Positions 1-8,940 of a DNA stretch of 20,000 nt are shown piece after piece. The position numbers and the translations under genes were made by a program. Within the stretch, counting starts at the first letter, position 1; each line of letters begins with the position of its first letter. The DNA is from a bacterium (GTDB lineage: Bacteria; CLD3; SB21). The stretch is from assembly GCA_013360215.1 (NCBI GenBank), contig JABWCP010000016.1, positions 47,185-67,184 of the forward strand, read 5' to 3'. The notes beneath the pieces are model-generated. The model had not been told where the DNA came from and did no database searches. It was given only the letters and a program-made list of their open reading frames with translations.

Positions 1-714
1 AGTCTGATTTTTAAGAAACAAACTATACGGCAAATAGAGAACTATAAAACATAATACAGCAACCCATTTGACGTTTCGATTATTAAAAGCACTTAATGAA
101 ATCACTACAAGCCCCAACAGAATCCCTTCCGGTTTAGTTAAAGACAATATTCCCCATAACATGCCTAACATAATTCCCCAAGTAAGGCCCTTATTTTCTT
201 TTCCTATAATAGATGCCCAAATTAGAGATAAAAACAAAAAAATCATCGGTAACTCTGCATAGCCTCTCCCAGCCTGAATCAAAAACTGAGAATTAAATAC
301 AAAGAACATTAACCCGACTGTACAGAGATGAGAGCAAAAACCCATCAACTGTAAAATTTTTTTCATCAAGATCGCGGATAAGACATACGAAGCAATTCCT
401 ATTCCCAGCAGTGTAGGCCATTCTACCAAAGTTAGAAAATAAAGAAGTCCTATAAAAATAGGATATCCTGGCGGCAAAACAATATCATAATTATCGTTTA
501 ATACGATTCCTTTTCCACTAAACAAGCCGCGAGAAATATTAAAATACTCCCATGGGTCATTGAAGGCCATTAAATCATACGGATTACTAATATACCATGC
601 CGTTGAAGCTAAAAGCATCAATATCAAAATATCTGCATGATTTTGGATGTAAATAAGAAAACTCTTCTGCCTGTTTCGAAGTTGGAGAGCTTTTATTCTT
701 GTATTTTTACCCAT
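1..714 (-). CDS. GT-C fold membrane glycosyltransferase (GT39/PMT_2/ArnT-like), 5' part only; runs off the left edge
   Basis: Not in the ORF track; translated by hand. The ATG at 714-712 overlaps the upstream TAA (TAATG) and the frame stays open for 238 codons to base 1: MGKNTRIKALQ...ILILMLLASTAWYISNPYDLMAFNDPWEYFNISRGLFSGKG...VLPPGYPIFIGLLY...GRGYAELPMIFLFLSL...GILSLTKPEGILLGLVV... It shows a first TM helix followed by a D-x-x-x-Y loop, a PPGYP motif, an E after a loop, a 'LTKPE' motif and many TM helices, all typical of GT-C enzymes. Confidence 0.8.
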   Translation of the reverse strand, partial: MGKNTRIKALQLRNRQKSFLIYIQNHADILILMLLASTAWYISNPYDLMAFNDPWEYFNISRGLFSGKGIVLNDNYDIVLPPGYPIFIGLLYFLTLVEWPTLLGIGIASYVLSAILMKKILQLMGFCSHLCTVGLMFFVFNSQFLIQAGRGYAELPMIFLFLSLIWASIIGKENKGLTWGIMLGMLWGILSLTKPEGILLGLVVISLSAFNNRNVKWVAVLCFIVLYLPYSLFLKNQT

Positions 715-1418
715 TATCGTTTTGTAGCAATAAATATCATATTTTGACTGAATGGGTTATAGGAAAACATTTTGAAAATAACCTCAATTACTCGAAATAT
801 CATACTGGAAACAATATCAGGGATAACTTTAGGTAAGTAAACCAGGCCATCATTCATTATTATTCGATCAACATTAAATCCTTGTTTTTCGAGAGCGGCT
901 ACAATTTCCTTTCTTGAATAATATCTCGCAGAAGATTTTTTTTTTCTTTTCAAATATCGTGTGATATATTTTCTACCGCCATATTTATTAGGAGTCAGAA
1001 TCAACAAATGCCCGTTTTTTTTTAGAATGCGATGACATTCTTTGAGAACATTTTCTACATCAACATATTCTAACAAACCGACAGAATAAATCACCTCTAA
1101 TGATTCGTTTTCAATCCCTGTTTTTTGTGCATCTCCGAGAATGAAGTCAGCTTTTGGATAACGTCTTTTCGCCACATTCAACATATTTTGCGAAACCTCT
1201 AAACCTAATACTCTATTGGCCGATTCCAAAGCAAAACCTAAATAAGCTCCTGAACCACATCCCAAATCCAATACATTTCGTTTATCACAAAACGAACGAA
1301 TATGTTCTACGAGAATTGGATGCCAGTGGTCGTACAGATATTTCTCGAACACATTACGGTTTTTTCGGTTTTCGTATTGATCTACCGAAATAGTATCATA
1401 ATAAAGTTTATCATTCAT
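714..1418 (-). CDS. Class I SAM-dependent methyltransferase (Methyltransf_11-like) in a polysaccharide locus
   Basis: 234 aa; motif I VLDLGCGSG, acidic end of beta-2 (GLEVS), 'GDAQ', 'VLKECHRILKKNGHLLILTPN'. Overlaps the wzx stop by 8 bp. Confidence 0.9.
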   Translation of the reverse strand: MNDKLYYDTISVDQYENRKNRNVFEKYLYDHWHPILVEHIRSFCDKRNVLDLGCGSGAYLGFALESANRVLGLEVSQNMLNVAKRRYPKADFILGDAQKTGIENESLEVIYSVGLLEYVDVENVLKECHRILKKNGHLLILTPNKYGGRKYITRYLKRKKKSSARYYSRKEIVAALEKQGFNVDRIIMNDGLVYLPKVIPDIVSSMIFRVIEVIFKMFSYNPFSQNMIFIATKR

Positions 1419-2967
1419 TAGAGTTCTTTTTTTTAAATGGTAGTTTTCTGAGAATCTTATTCAAAATCATTCGATCATCTTGAGTTAGTCCCAATAGAAT
1501 TAAAACGCTAACGTATAGGACGGCGAACATGATTATATGGATTAAAAAAGTGAGATCATAAAAGGGTAATTGATACCAGCTCGAAAAAGCGACAATGATA
1601 AAAGCCGAAATTAACGTTGCAACAAAAGGTTTTAATAATAAAAAATCAAATGGATGTATTTTTAGTATATACAACGTTTCGACAGTCGTGAGTATTGTCA
1701 AAAACGCTATTGAAAAAAAATTTCCGATCGCTGCGCCATACATCCCATAGTTTTGAATTAAAATAGGCATTAGAACTAAGTTGATGACGGCCATTACTAT
1801 GGAGTTAATAACATTAATGCGCACACGCCCTGTCATAAGTATGACATTTCCTGATAGACCCAAAAAATCATGAATCAAATTTCCAATACTCAAAATGGCC
1901 ACTAACTCAAAGCCAGCTGTAAATTCTTTACCAAAGACCCCGAGAATGTCTTTACTAAAAAGTATGATAATCAAGCATATAGGTAAACTAAGCGTAACAC
2001 TCCACTTAGTTGCAGTTTTATATAATTGGTTTAGCTCTTGTATTTTGCCAGCAGTATACAACTCTGCCGCCATTGGACCAAAAACTGAGGAAATCGAGTA
2101 ATGTGGTAGGTAAATTAATGGTTGTAGACGCAGAGCTAGTGTGTATATCCCAATCTCCGGTAATGTAGCGTAATATCCCAGAAAAAGAATATCAAGTTGG
2201 TAGGTGTATTTACTTAAAAGCGAATTAGCGAAGAGCGCCGAAGAAAACTTTATCATTTTCTTCTTTTCTATTTCAACGGGTATTGATCTATCCCTGAGCT
2301 CAGGAACTATCCGAAAAAGATAAAATGCCGAAACAGTAAGCACGACAATATCTTGAATAATATTCGAACCAAGTGCTGCGTAGAGGTTAAAATCCAACAA
2401 CAATAAAGATACAAGACTTATAATTTTGGCAGCTGGACCTAACACATCATTTGCCAAAACTTTGTATTGAACAAACTGATATCCCACTAGTGATGATAGA
2501 AATGCCTGATATAATGCTGTCAGTAATATTGAGACAGCGTAAAATTGAAACGCTTTTGTAACAAAATTTGAGAAATATTCTTCCGAAACAGTCTCAGGTC
2601 TATGGATAAATAAATCGCAAAATACATCAGGGAAGAATAGAATAAAACATGCTGCCATCGCACTCATCACTACAGAGACGCGGATGGTCGTAAATACAGA
2701 CCCTTTAATTAATGATTTTGACCCTATGGCTTTGTAAGTGGGTATAAATCGTAAATTCATTCCATTAAAACCAAAGCTGGATAAATTAGCAAGCATGGAT
2801 CCCCACGACTGAACTAATGAAAATATTCCATATAACTCTGCTCCTAGAAAGCGAGTTGTAATGACACTTGTAATAGGTGCCCAAATTAGACCGAAAACAC
2901 TTCCAATACCAGAAATAGCAAAGTTTTTGGCTAATTTAGTTATATTTTTTTGTCGAGCGTCGCCCAA
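1411..2967 (-). CDS. wzx: Wzx/MOP-superfamily polysaccharide repeat-unit flippase
   Basis: 518 aa with about 14 hydrophobic segments; 'TRFLGAELYGIF', 'QLDILFLG...EIGIYTLA', 'LIQNYGMYGAAI' motifs. TTG start with GAGG upstream. Confidence 0.88.
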   Translation of the reverse strand: MGDARQKNITKLAKNFAISGIGSVFGLIWAPITSVITTRFLGAELYGIFSLVQSWGSMLANLSSFGFNGMNLRFIPTYKAIGSKSLIKGSVFTTIRVSVVMSAMAACFILFFPDVFCDLFIHRPETVSEEYFSNFVTKAFQFYAVSILLTALYQAFLSSLVGYQFVQYKVLANDVLGPAAKIISLVSLLLLDFNLYAALGSNIIQDIVVLTVSAFYLFRIVPELRDRSIPVEIEKKKMIKFSSALFANSLLSKYTYQLDILFLGYYATLPEIGIYTLALRLQPLIYLPHYSISSVFGPMAAELYTAGKIQELNQLYKTATKWSVTLSLPICLIIILFSKDILGVFGKEFTAGFELVAILSIGNLIHDFLGLSGNVILMTGRVRINVINSIVMAVINLVLMPILIQNYGMYGAAIGNFFSIAFLTILTTVETLYILKIHPFDFLLLKPFVATLISAFIIVAFSSWYQLPFYDLTFLIHIIMFAVLYVSVLILLGLTQDDRMILNKILRKLPFKKKNSNE

Positions 2968-3035
2968 AGAACCTCATCTTAAGGATTCACCAATGGTAGG
3001 TGAGAAAATTAAATAAAGAAAGTAGCGATAGACCA

Positions 3036-3983
3036 CTATGTCGACCGAAAATAATCGACAAATCGCTCTATTCCGATATTAATACTAACCGATGGTTTAT
3101 ACCCTATTAACCTTTTAGCTTTACTTATATCCGCATATGTTTTCTGTACATCCCCCGGCTGATTGGGCATCCACCGAATTTGAGCTTTTTTTCCTAGTGC
3201 TTTTTCTATCGTATTGACCAGGTCTATGAGAGAAATCGTTTGCGATTCGCCGAGATTTAATATTTCATATCCGCGAAGACCGTCAATGCATTGCATTATC
3301 CCATGAACAATATCATCCACATACGTATAATCGCGAAACGTCTGTCCATCACCAAATAAAGTGATCGGTTTGCCTTCATCTATCAAACGGGTAAACAAAT
3401 GAATCGCCATCTCAGGCCTTTGGCGAGGGCCATACACCGTAAAAAATCGTAAGCAAAACGCATCGATCCCAAATAAATGATGATAGGTATAAGCCAAAAC
3501 TTCACATGCCTTTTTGGTCGCGGCATATGGTGATATGGCATGATCTACATTGTCTGTCTCATGGTAAGGAACTTTTTCATTATTACCATACACGGATGAA
3601 GAGGACGCGAGTAGGAGTTTCTTTACATTGTGGGCTCGCATCGCTTCCAAAATATTCATCGTACCCTCAACATTGACCTTCTGATAAATTTTGGGATCTT
3701 GGATGGAGGGACGCACCCCGGCACGTGCCGCCAAATGAATTACCAAATCAAGCTTCGATTCGGAAAAAATACGACTCATCAAATCAGCGTCTAGAATATC
3801 ACCACGTAACAACCGAAAACCGGGACTTTGAATAGCGTTAGTAAGATTTTTTTCTTTAATCGCAGGATCATAAAAATGATCAAAATTATCCAAACCGACG
3901 ACTTCGTGGCCCGCTTTCAAAAGTGCATCCGTAACATGCGAACCGATAAAACCCGCACATCCGGTCACTAATATTTTACTCAT
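3036..3983 (-). CDS. NAD-dependent nucleotide-sugar epimerase/dehydratase (extended SDR; UDP-glucuronate 4-epimerase-like)
   Basis: 315 aa; TGCAGFIGS Rossmann motif, HLAARAGVR, SSSSVYG, catalytic YAATK, RFFTVYGPRQRPEMA, RDYTYVDD. ATGA overlap with wzc. Confidence 0.93.
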   Translation of the reverse strand: MSKILVTGCAGFIGSHVTDALLKAGHEVVGLDNFDHFYDPAIKEKNLTNAIQSPGFRLLRGDILDADLMSRIFSESKLDLVIHLAARAGVRPSIQDPKIYQKVNVEGTMNILEAMRAHNVKKLLLASSSSVYGNNEKVPYHETDNVDHAISPYAATKKACEVLAYTYHHLFGIDAFCLRFFTVYGPRQRPEMAIHLFTRLIDEGKPITLFGDGQTFRDYTYVDDIVHGIMQCIDGLRGYEILNLGESQTISLIDLVNTIEKALGKKAQIRWMPNQPGDVQKTYADISKAKRLIGYKPSVSINIGIERFVDYFRST

Positions 3984-6241
3984 GCTTTTACACCTTCTTC
4001 GCTCGTGCTGATACGTTGTGACTTGGAAAGATAATACCCGTCGTATGCATATTTATAATAATTCTTCCGCTCATCTGCGTAATCATTCATCACGATACCG
4101 ATGATGTTGGCACGAACACCTTTTAAATTGTGAATAGCATTTTGGAGTTGCGACTTCGGCGTTACGGCATGTTTGACCACCATAAGCACCGCGTCAACTT
4201 TAGAAGCCAGAATAACTGAATCCGTCAACAACATTACAGGCGCGGTATCGTATACGACGATATCAAACTTTTTCTCTAATTCGTTCATCATAAAATTCAT
4301 ACGCAAGCTGGAGAAAATTTCTGAATGATCTTTAGCGTCTCTACCGACGGTAAGTGAATGAAGGTTGTTAATCGATGTTTTTTGAAGTGCCGTATCTAAA
4401 TCCGTTTGGCCTAAAATAATATCAGTAAGACCCGGTTGCTCCTGTATATCAAATAACATATGATGCTTGGCCTTACGTAGATCCGTATCCACTATACACA
4501 CACGATGTCCCATATCCGCAAACGAAATAGCCAAATTGACCGCCGTTGTTGTTTTACCTTCTCCAGGACCCGCACTCGCCACAAGCAACGAGCGAATCGG
4601 CGAATCAATATTGGCAAACTGAATATTTGTACGCAACGAACGGTAACGCTCCGATACAAACGAACGCGGATTAAACTGTGAAATCATCGCTTTCCGACGA
4701 ATTTCATTCTTATCTTCTTCCTCATCTTTGGTTTTGATTTTATTGATTTTTTTCCGCAAACCCTGTACAGCATTATCTTCATCGCCTACATTGATCGGAG
4801 GTATACGTCCGACAACAGCGATCGATGTAACCGAACTGATCGCTGCAATCGATTTGATTCGATTATCCATAAATTCTAACCCCACCGCAATGGCAATACC
4901 TATAATTAAACCCAGCACGGTTCCGACGAAAATATTGGTAAACACTTTATTATAGATCGCTATCGGTTCCTTGGCGGGATCAATAATTTTCAGGCTCCCT
5001 GTACTACCGTAATACTGAATCGACAAACTTTCTTTTTGTTTTATCAGTGAACTCAAACGTTCTTCGTAAACTTGTTTCAACCGCAATAGTCGGGAAATAT
5101 CAATCGCATCTTGCAACAGATTAGGGTTTTTCTTTTCGAAGTTAGTCAAAAGCCCGCTAAACAACCGTGCCTGACCTTTGAGTAAAAAAAGCTCAATCTC
5201 TTCCGTATTTTTTTTATCCCATATCGTCTTCCACACCTGGCTCATATCACCACTAACCGTATTGTCCGAACCGGTTTTAACGGACGACAGCAGCGTGTAA
5301 TACTGACTACGCAGGTCAGCGATTTGACGATCTATCCGCTGTACCTCGGGATTTTCTACAGCATCCGAACCAAGCTTTTCATATAAAACCGCTTTTTGCG
5401 ATGTCAACTGTTCGATCTGTAACTTGATTTGTTTTTCTTCTGAGGATTCGGCTGCCGCATAAGAGGACGAACCCGTAAGACGCCGTTGGATCGAATCTAA
5501 TTGTGAGTTGAGAGCGTTAATATTAGAACTGCGGATTTGTATTTGCGTTTCAAATTCCGCTAATTTTTCCTTCATGAGAAGCACTTTAGCCAGAGGGCCT
5601 TCCGATTGTTTGATATTAACGTCCGTCTTTTTCTGTAGGGCCTGAAGCTCCACTTCCGTTTTTTCAAGATTATTTCTAGTCACTTCCACTTGTTCGTCAA
5701 TGAATTCAATACTCCGCTGAAGCCCTTCCCGATCCAGCTCCGTCACGCGCGATTTCAAAACGTCCGTCGTCACTTCAATCATTTTTTTAACCAAAAACGA
5801 ATCATAGTTCACCGCCGATATTTCGATGAACTGCTCTACTTCTTTATATGGCTTGAGTGTAACCTGAGATGAGGATACGCTTTTAAGCGCCGTGACCGTT
5901 TCAGCATCATTACGTTCGCTCAACACGACACGTTCGAGTTCCTTACGAAACCGCTGATTAAAAAGATCCGTTGTTATGATAACTTCATAATAACCGAAAT
6001 CCTGCGATCCTAAGGCTATTTTTTGCTGTTGAGGAACATTAGCAAAAGCCAGATTGGATAACCCGTTATCAAAAAACAACAGTGCCGAAGAACGATATAA
6101 GGTCGGTTTACTCAACGAGTAATACGAAACTATACCGGAGAACACGATGAAAACTGTAAGTACAATCCACTTGTGCATCAATACAGTTTGCAGGATCGCG
6201 CGCGCGTCAATCCCTTGTTTATCATCGTTTAAGTCACTCAT
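3980..6241 (-). CDS. wzc: Wzc/GumC polysaccharide co-polymerase with BY tyrosine autokinase domain
   Basis: 753 aa; two TM helices flanking a long coiled-coil periplasmic region. ERYRSLRTNI, Walker A GPGEGKTT, Walker A' VDTDLRK, Walker B VVYDTAP, and C-terminal tyrosine cluster NYYKYAYDGYY. Confidence 0.94.
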   Translation of the reverse strand: MSDLNDDKQGIDARAILQTVLMHKWIVLTVFIVFSGIVSYYSLSKPTLYRSSALLFFDNGLSNLAFANVPQQQKIALGSQDFGYYEVIITTDLFNQRFRKELERVVLSERNDAETVTALKSVSSSQVTLKPYKEVEQFIEISAVNYDSFLVKKMIEVTTDVLKSRVTELDREGLQRSIEFIDEQVEVTRNNLEKTEVELQALQKKTDVNIKQSEGPLAKVLLMKEKLAEFETQIQIRSSNINALNSQLDSIQRRLTGSSSYAAAESSEEKQIKLQIEQLTSQKAVLYEKLGSDAVENPEVQRIDRQIADLRSQYYTLLSSVKTGSDNTVSGDMSQVWKTIWDKKNTEEIELFLLKGQARLFSGLLTNFEKKNPNLLQDAIDISRLLRLKQVYEERLSSLIKQKESLSIQYYGSTGSLKIIDPAKEPIAIYNKVFTNIFVGTVLGLIIGIAIAVGLEFMDNRIKSIAAISSVTSIAVVGRIPPINVGDEDNAVQGLRKKINKIKTKDEEEDKNEIRRKAMISQFNPRSFVSERYRSLRTNIQFANIDSPIRSLLVASAGPGEGKTTTAVNLAISFADMGHRVCIVDTDLRKAKHHMLFDIQEQPGLTDIILGQTDLDTALQKTSINNLHSLTVGRDAKDHSEIFSSLRMNFMMNELEKKFDIVVYDTAPVMLLTDSVILASKVDAVLMVVKHAVTPKSQLQNAIHNLKGVRANIIGIVMNDYADERKNYYKYAYDGYYLSKSQRISTSEEGVKA

Positions 6242-6267
6242 AGATATCCTGTACTTTCTATGTGGTA

Positions 6268-7257
6268 TTACAATAAACCAGCTTGTTTGGAAAGGAAAAT
6301 CAAGGTTAAGATCGTCGCCGCGTAACTCAACACTTGAAATATCGTTTTCAGCGTAAACTTTTTCGCCGGCACAAATACAATATCGCCGGGTTGCACGAGC
6401 GGAACCGAACCACCTTTGGCCTTGAGAACCGCTTCTACATCGACGATTTCTTCCGTTTGCGCGACGCCGATACGACGTATCAATTTGACAGTGCGAATCG
6501 AAGCATCATCTTTGGGACCGCCTGCCAAAAAAATCACATCCACCAGATTCGCACCGGGAAATAATTCGTAATTACCGGGTTTTCCCACAGCACCGAGTAC
6601 ATTAGCATATACTGCACCATAAATAGACGGAACAAAAATAACATCACCGTCACGCAAAGCAGGCAGTTTCCTGATATCGCCGGTTTCTACTATGATGGAA
6701 ACCATGGGCACTTCAATTTCTTCACGCAAACTTGTTTCGGGGTTGATACGAATAAGTTTCGTTCGATCCAAATCACTGCGCACAGTCGCGCCGCCCGCCG
6801 TCGCAATAGCACCTTGAATAGTGTGGTTACGGGGAATTTTATGCGAACCCGGCTGAACGACTGAACCGAGAACAATCACTTCGATCATTTCATCTTTAGC
6901 ATAGGCCACGATCACTTCGGCGCGCCCGCCGATATATTGCGAAAGTCGGGCCGATAAGATATTCGTCAATTGTTCGACGCTCATACCGTCCACTTTGATA
7001 TCCTTCATGAAAGGATATTTGATGGTACCATCGGCTTCGACTTTGATTTGTTTAGGTAATTCGTCATGGCCGTAGACCACGACATCCAGAATATCACCCG
7101 GTCTGATTTTGCGATCAGCACGTATTTGCGATAAAGCATCCGTTTTGAGCGAATCTTTTGTTTGTGCGTAAAGCTGGCTCGCACTACTGCTCATGGAAAT
7201 TACCATCAGCAATCCGGTGACAAACATTTTCAAAAAATTATTTTTCTTCATGTACAT
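6268..7257 (-). CDS. wza: Wza/OPX polysaccharide export protein (Poly_export domain + two SLBB domains + C-terminal hydrophobic helix)
   Basis: IRPGDILDVVVY...V..DGTIKYP (Poly_export). Two SLBB repeats: VLGSVVQPG...AIATAGG...LRDGDVIFVP and VLGAVGKPG...VIFLAGG...VQPGDIVFVP. Start moved from 7311 to the ATG at 7257 (or 7251) because GAGG lies 9 nt upstream and a signal peptide MKKNNFLKMFVTGLLMVIS...LYA follows. Confidence 0.88.
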   Translation of the reverse strand: MYMKKNNFLKMFVTGLLMVISMSSSASQLYAQTKDSLKTDALSQIRADRKIRPGDILDVVVYGHDELPKQIKVEADGTIKYPFMKDIKVDGMSVEQLTNILSARLSQYIGGRAEVIVAYAKDEMIEVIVLGSVVQPGSHKIPRNHTIQGAIATAGGATVRSDLDRTKLIRINPETSLREEIEVPMVSIIVETGDIRKLPALRDGDVIFVPSIYGAVYANVLGAVGKPGNYELFPGANLVDVIFLAGGPKDDASIRTVKLIRRIGVAQTEEIVDVEAVLKAKGGSVPLVQPGDIVFVPAKKFTLKTIFQVLSYAATILTLIFLSKQAGLL

Positions 7258-8236
7258 TCGATAACGCCTCTTTGAGACTAAAATTAGTTTTAATCCAATA
7301 TCCGACACCAATAACTATCTGCGCGGCATAATTGAAAGCATGTATGACGATGGCAAATCCAAGCGCAACCTCCCGATCTACACGAAACATCATAAGACTC
7401 TGCTTGACGACTTCATGAAATGTACCCACATAACCCGGTGCCGCCGGAATCATCACAGCAAACGAAGAAAAAGTCATCACGATGGTCGCATCAATAAGGT
7501 CCAGCATCGCCAGTTCAGGGGCATTGCATGCTTTGAACATAATCCATATTGAGAAGGTATAAACAGCCCAGATCAAAAAACTCAGCACAGCAATGACTAC
7601 GGTTGTACCCAAAGCATGCGTAAATGTAATTCCCGACACAAAAGATCGTAAAAGACGATCTACGCGTTGCTTGAGACTATCCGGAAAAACTGAAATCATG
7701 GATTGCACCAAGCGGCATGTGGCTTCCGTATTTTTTACAAGCAGAATCATGAAAATAATAGCTGCTAAATCTATAGCACCGACAACAATGCCGGCCGTTT
7801 TGATCCATTCCGGAAAAGGAAAGATAATTACCAGTACACCAAAAACCGTCAACAACGAAATCACATCAATGACACGTTCCACCACCACCGTTGCCATCGA
7901 GGCCGTAAAGGAAATCTGATGTTCTTTTTTTAGAATATAACCTCGCGCTATTTCTCCAAGACGGAACGGCAAAATGTTGTTGATCATAAATCCGATACTG
8001 ACATTTGAAAACAGACTAAGCGTCGGCACGTCTTTTAAAGGAGCCAATAAAAACTTCCATCGCCAGGCACGAAGCCATAAGCTAAATTGATTGATGATCA
8101 CTGAAAAAATCACAAGCGTCAGACTGATCGAAGTTAATGAGGAACCCAGTTGTGTCCAATCTATACCGCGTGTCGCAAGCCATACAAAAAAAACACTAAC
8201 CAAAACATTAAGCAGAAGAAATAGTATTTTTTTCAA
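7238..8236 (-). CDS. Lysylphosphatidylglycerol-synthase TM domain / UPF0104 flippase-like membrane protein
   Basis: 332 aa polytopic membrane protein with family motifs LRAWRW, NNILPFRLGEIAR, VERVID and IPAAPGYVG. TTG start. Confidence 0.85.
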   Translation of the reverse strand: MKKILFLLLNVLVSVFFVWLATRGIDWTQLGSSLTSISLTLVIFSVIINQFSLWLRAWRWKFLLAPLKDVPTLSLFSNVSIGFMINNILPFRLGEIARGYILKKEHQISFTASMATVVVERVIDVISLLTVFGVLVIIFPFPEWIKTAGIVVGAIDLAAIIFMILLVKNTEATCRLVQSMISVFPDSLKQRVDRLLRSFVSGITFTHALGTTVVIAVLSFLIWAVYTFSIWIMFKACNAPELAMLDLIDATIVMTFSSFAVMIPAAPGYVGTFHEVVKQSLMMFRVDREVALGFAIVIHAFNYAAQIVIGVGYWIKTNFSLKEALSNVHEEK

Positions 8237-8248
8237 GTTACACTCCGG

Positions 8249-8884
8249 TCATCGCAAATCAATCACATCCATACCGGTTTCCGGCGTGAATGTAAAAAGA
8301 TTCATATTCATCGGCTGATCTATTTCGACGTGGGTAAACTCGTATGTAACTTGATTACCCTCCAAATCAGCGTATTCTATTTTTTGGGTGATCCACGTAT
8401 CGGAAGGCACCCAGATCTTCATGCTTTGCACAAAATCATCACGGTCCCGCGGATCAAGCTTGAGCACATAAACCAATCGGCCGTTGATCGTTTCCGTTTT
8501 GATGACTTCGGCAATAAATTTTTCCAAATAATCATACAAAAAATATTTGGGCATAAACAGGCTACGGCTGTTCTTTTTCAGTTTATCAATAATCACCTGA
8601 TTATTGACTTCCGAATATTGCCACACCGACTCCCCGTTGGTGATATTGAGTTGTTGACCCAGCTCATAGCGAATATTGTTTTCCTTTTTGAAGAACAATT
8701 TACCCTGAGCACTCTGACTTTTTCCGGTCAGTTTCCATTTGAAACGGTAATCAAACGAAAACGAAAAACTGTCCGTTTTTTTATACTTGTTTTGCACTTT
8801 ACGGATGACCGACTGTGCGTCTTCCGGTTTACCTTGGGCCCAAACACCGGAAAGAGCTATCAAACTTACGATCAAATACTTCAA
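8249..8884 (-). CDS. lolA: Outer-membrane lipoprotein carrier LolA family protein
   Basis: Signal peptide, then 'GKLFFKKENNIRYE', 'ITNGESVWQYS..NNQVIID' and C-terminal 'FTFTPETGMDVIDLR'. Directly downstream of ftsK, the conserved ftsK-lolA synteny. Start placed at the TTG at 8884 (GGAG 8 nt upstream) rather than 8920. Confidence 0.88.
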   Translation of the reverse strand: MKYLIVSLIALSGVWAQGKPEDAQSVIRKVQNKYKKTDSFSFSFDYRFKWKLTGKSQSAQGKLFFKKENNIRYELGQQLNITNGESVWQYSEVNNQVIIDKLKKNSRSLFMPKYFLYDYLEKFIAEVIKTETINGRLVYVLKLDPRDRDDFVQSMKIWVPSDTWITQKIEYADLEGNQVTYEFTHVEIDQPMNMNLFTFTPETGMDVIDLR

Positions 8885-8940
8885 ACGATAAACTCCATTC
8901 TTTGGAAAATGGTTATACAATAAACATAATCAAACGAACA

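Noticed and set aside
68-262. 64-aa plus-strand ORF
   Set aside because: It is antisense to the GT-C gene at 1-714, which explains the region.
973-980. GGCGGTAG ops/JUMPStart-like octamer on the minus strand
   Set aside because: It lies inside the methyltransferase CDS (YGGRK), lacks the following NNTG, and is not in a leader region.
8330-8923. 197-aa plus-strand ORF, and the other plus-strand or alternate-frame ORFs in the track such as 16887-17414, 11390-11881 and 13931-14317
   Set aside because: They are shadow ORFs overlapping well-supported minus-strand genes and have no recognisable motifs.
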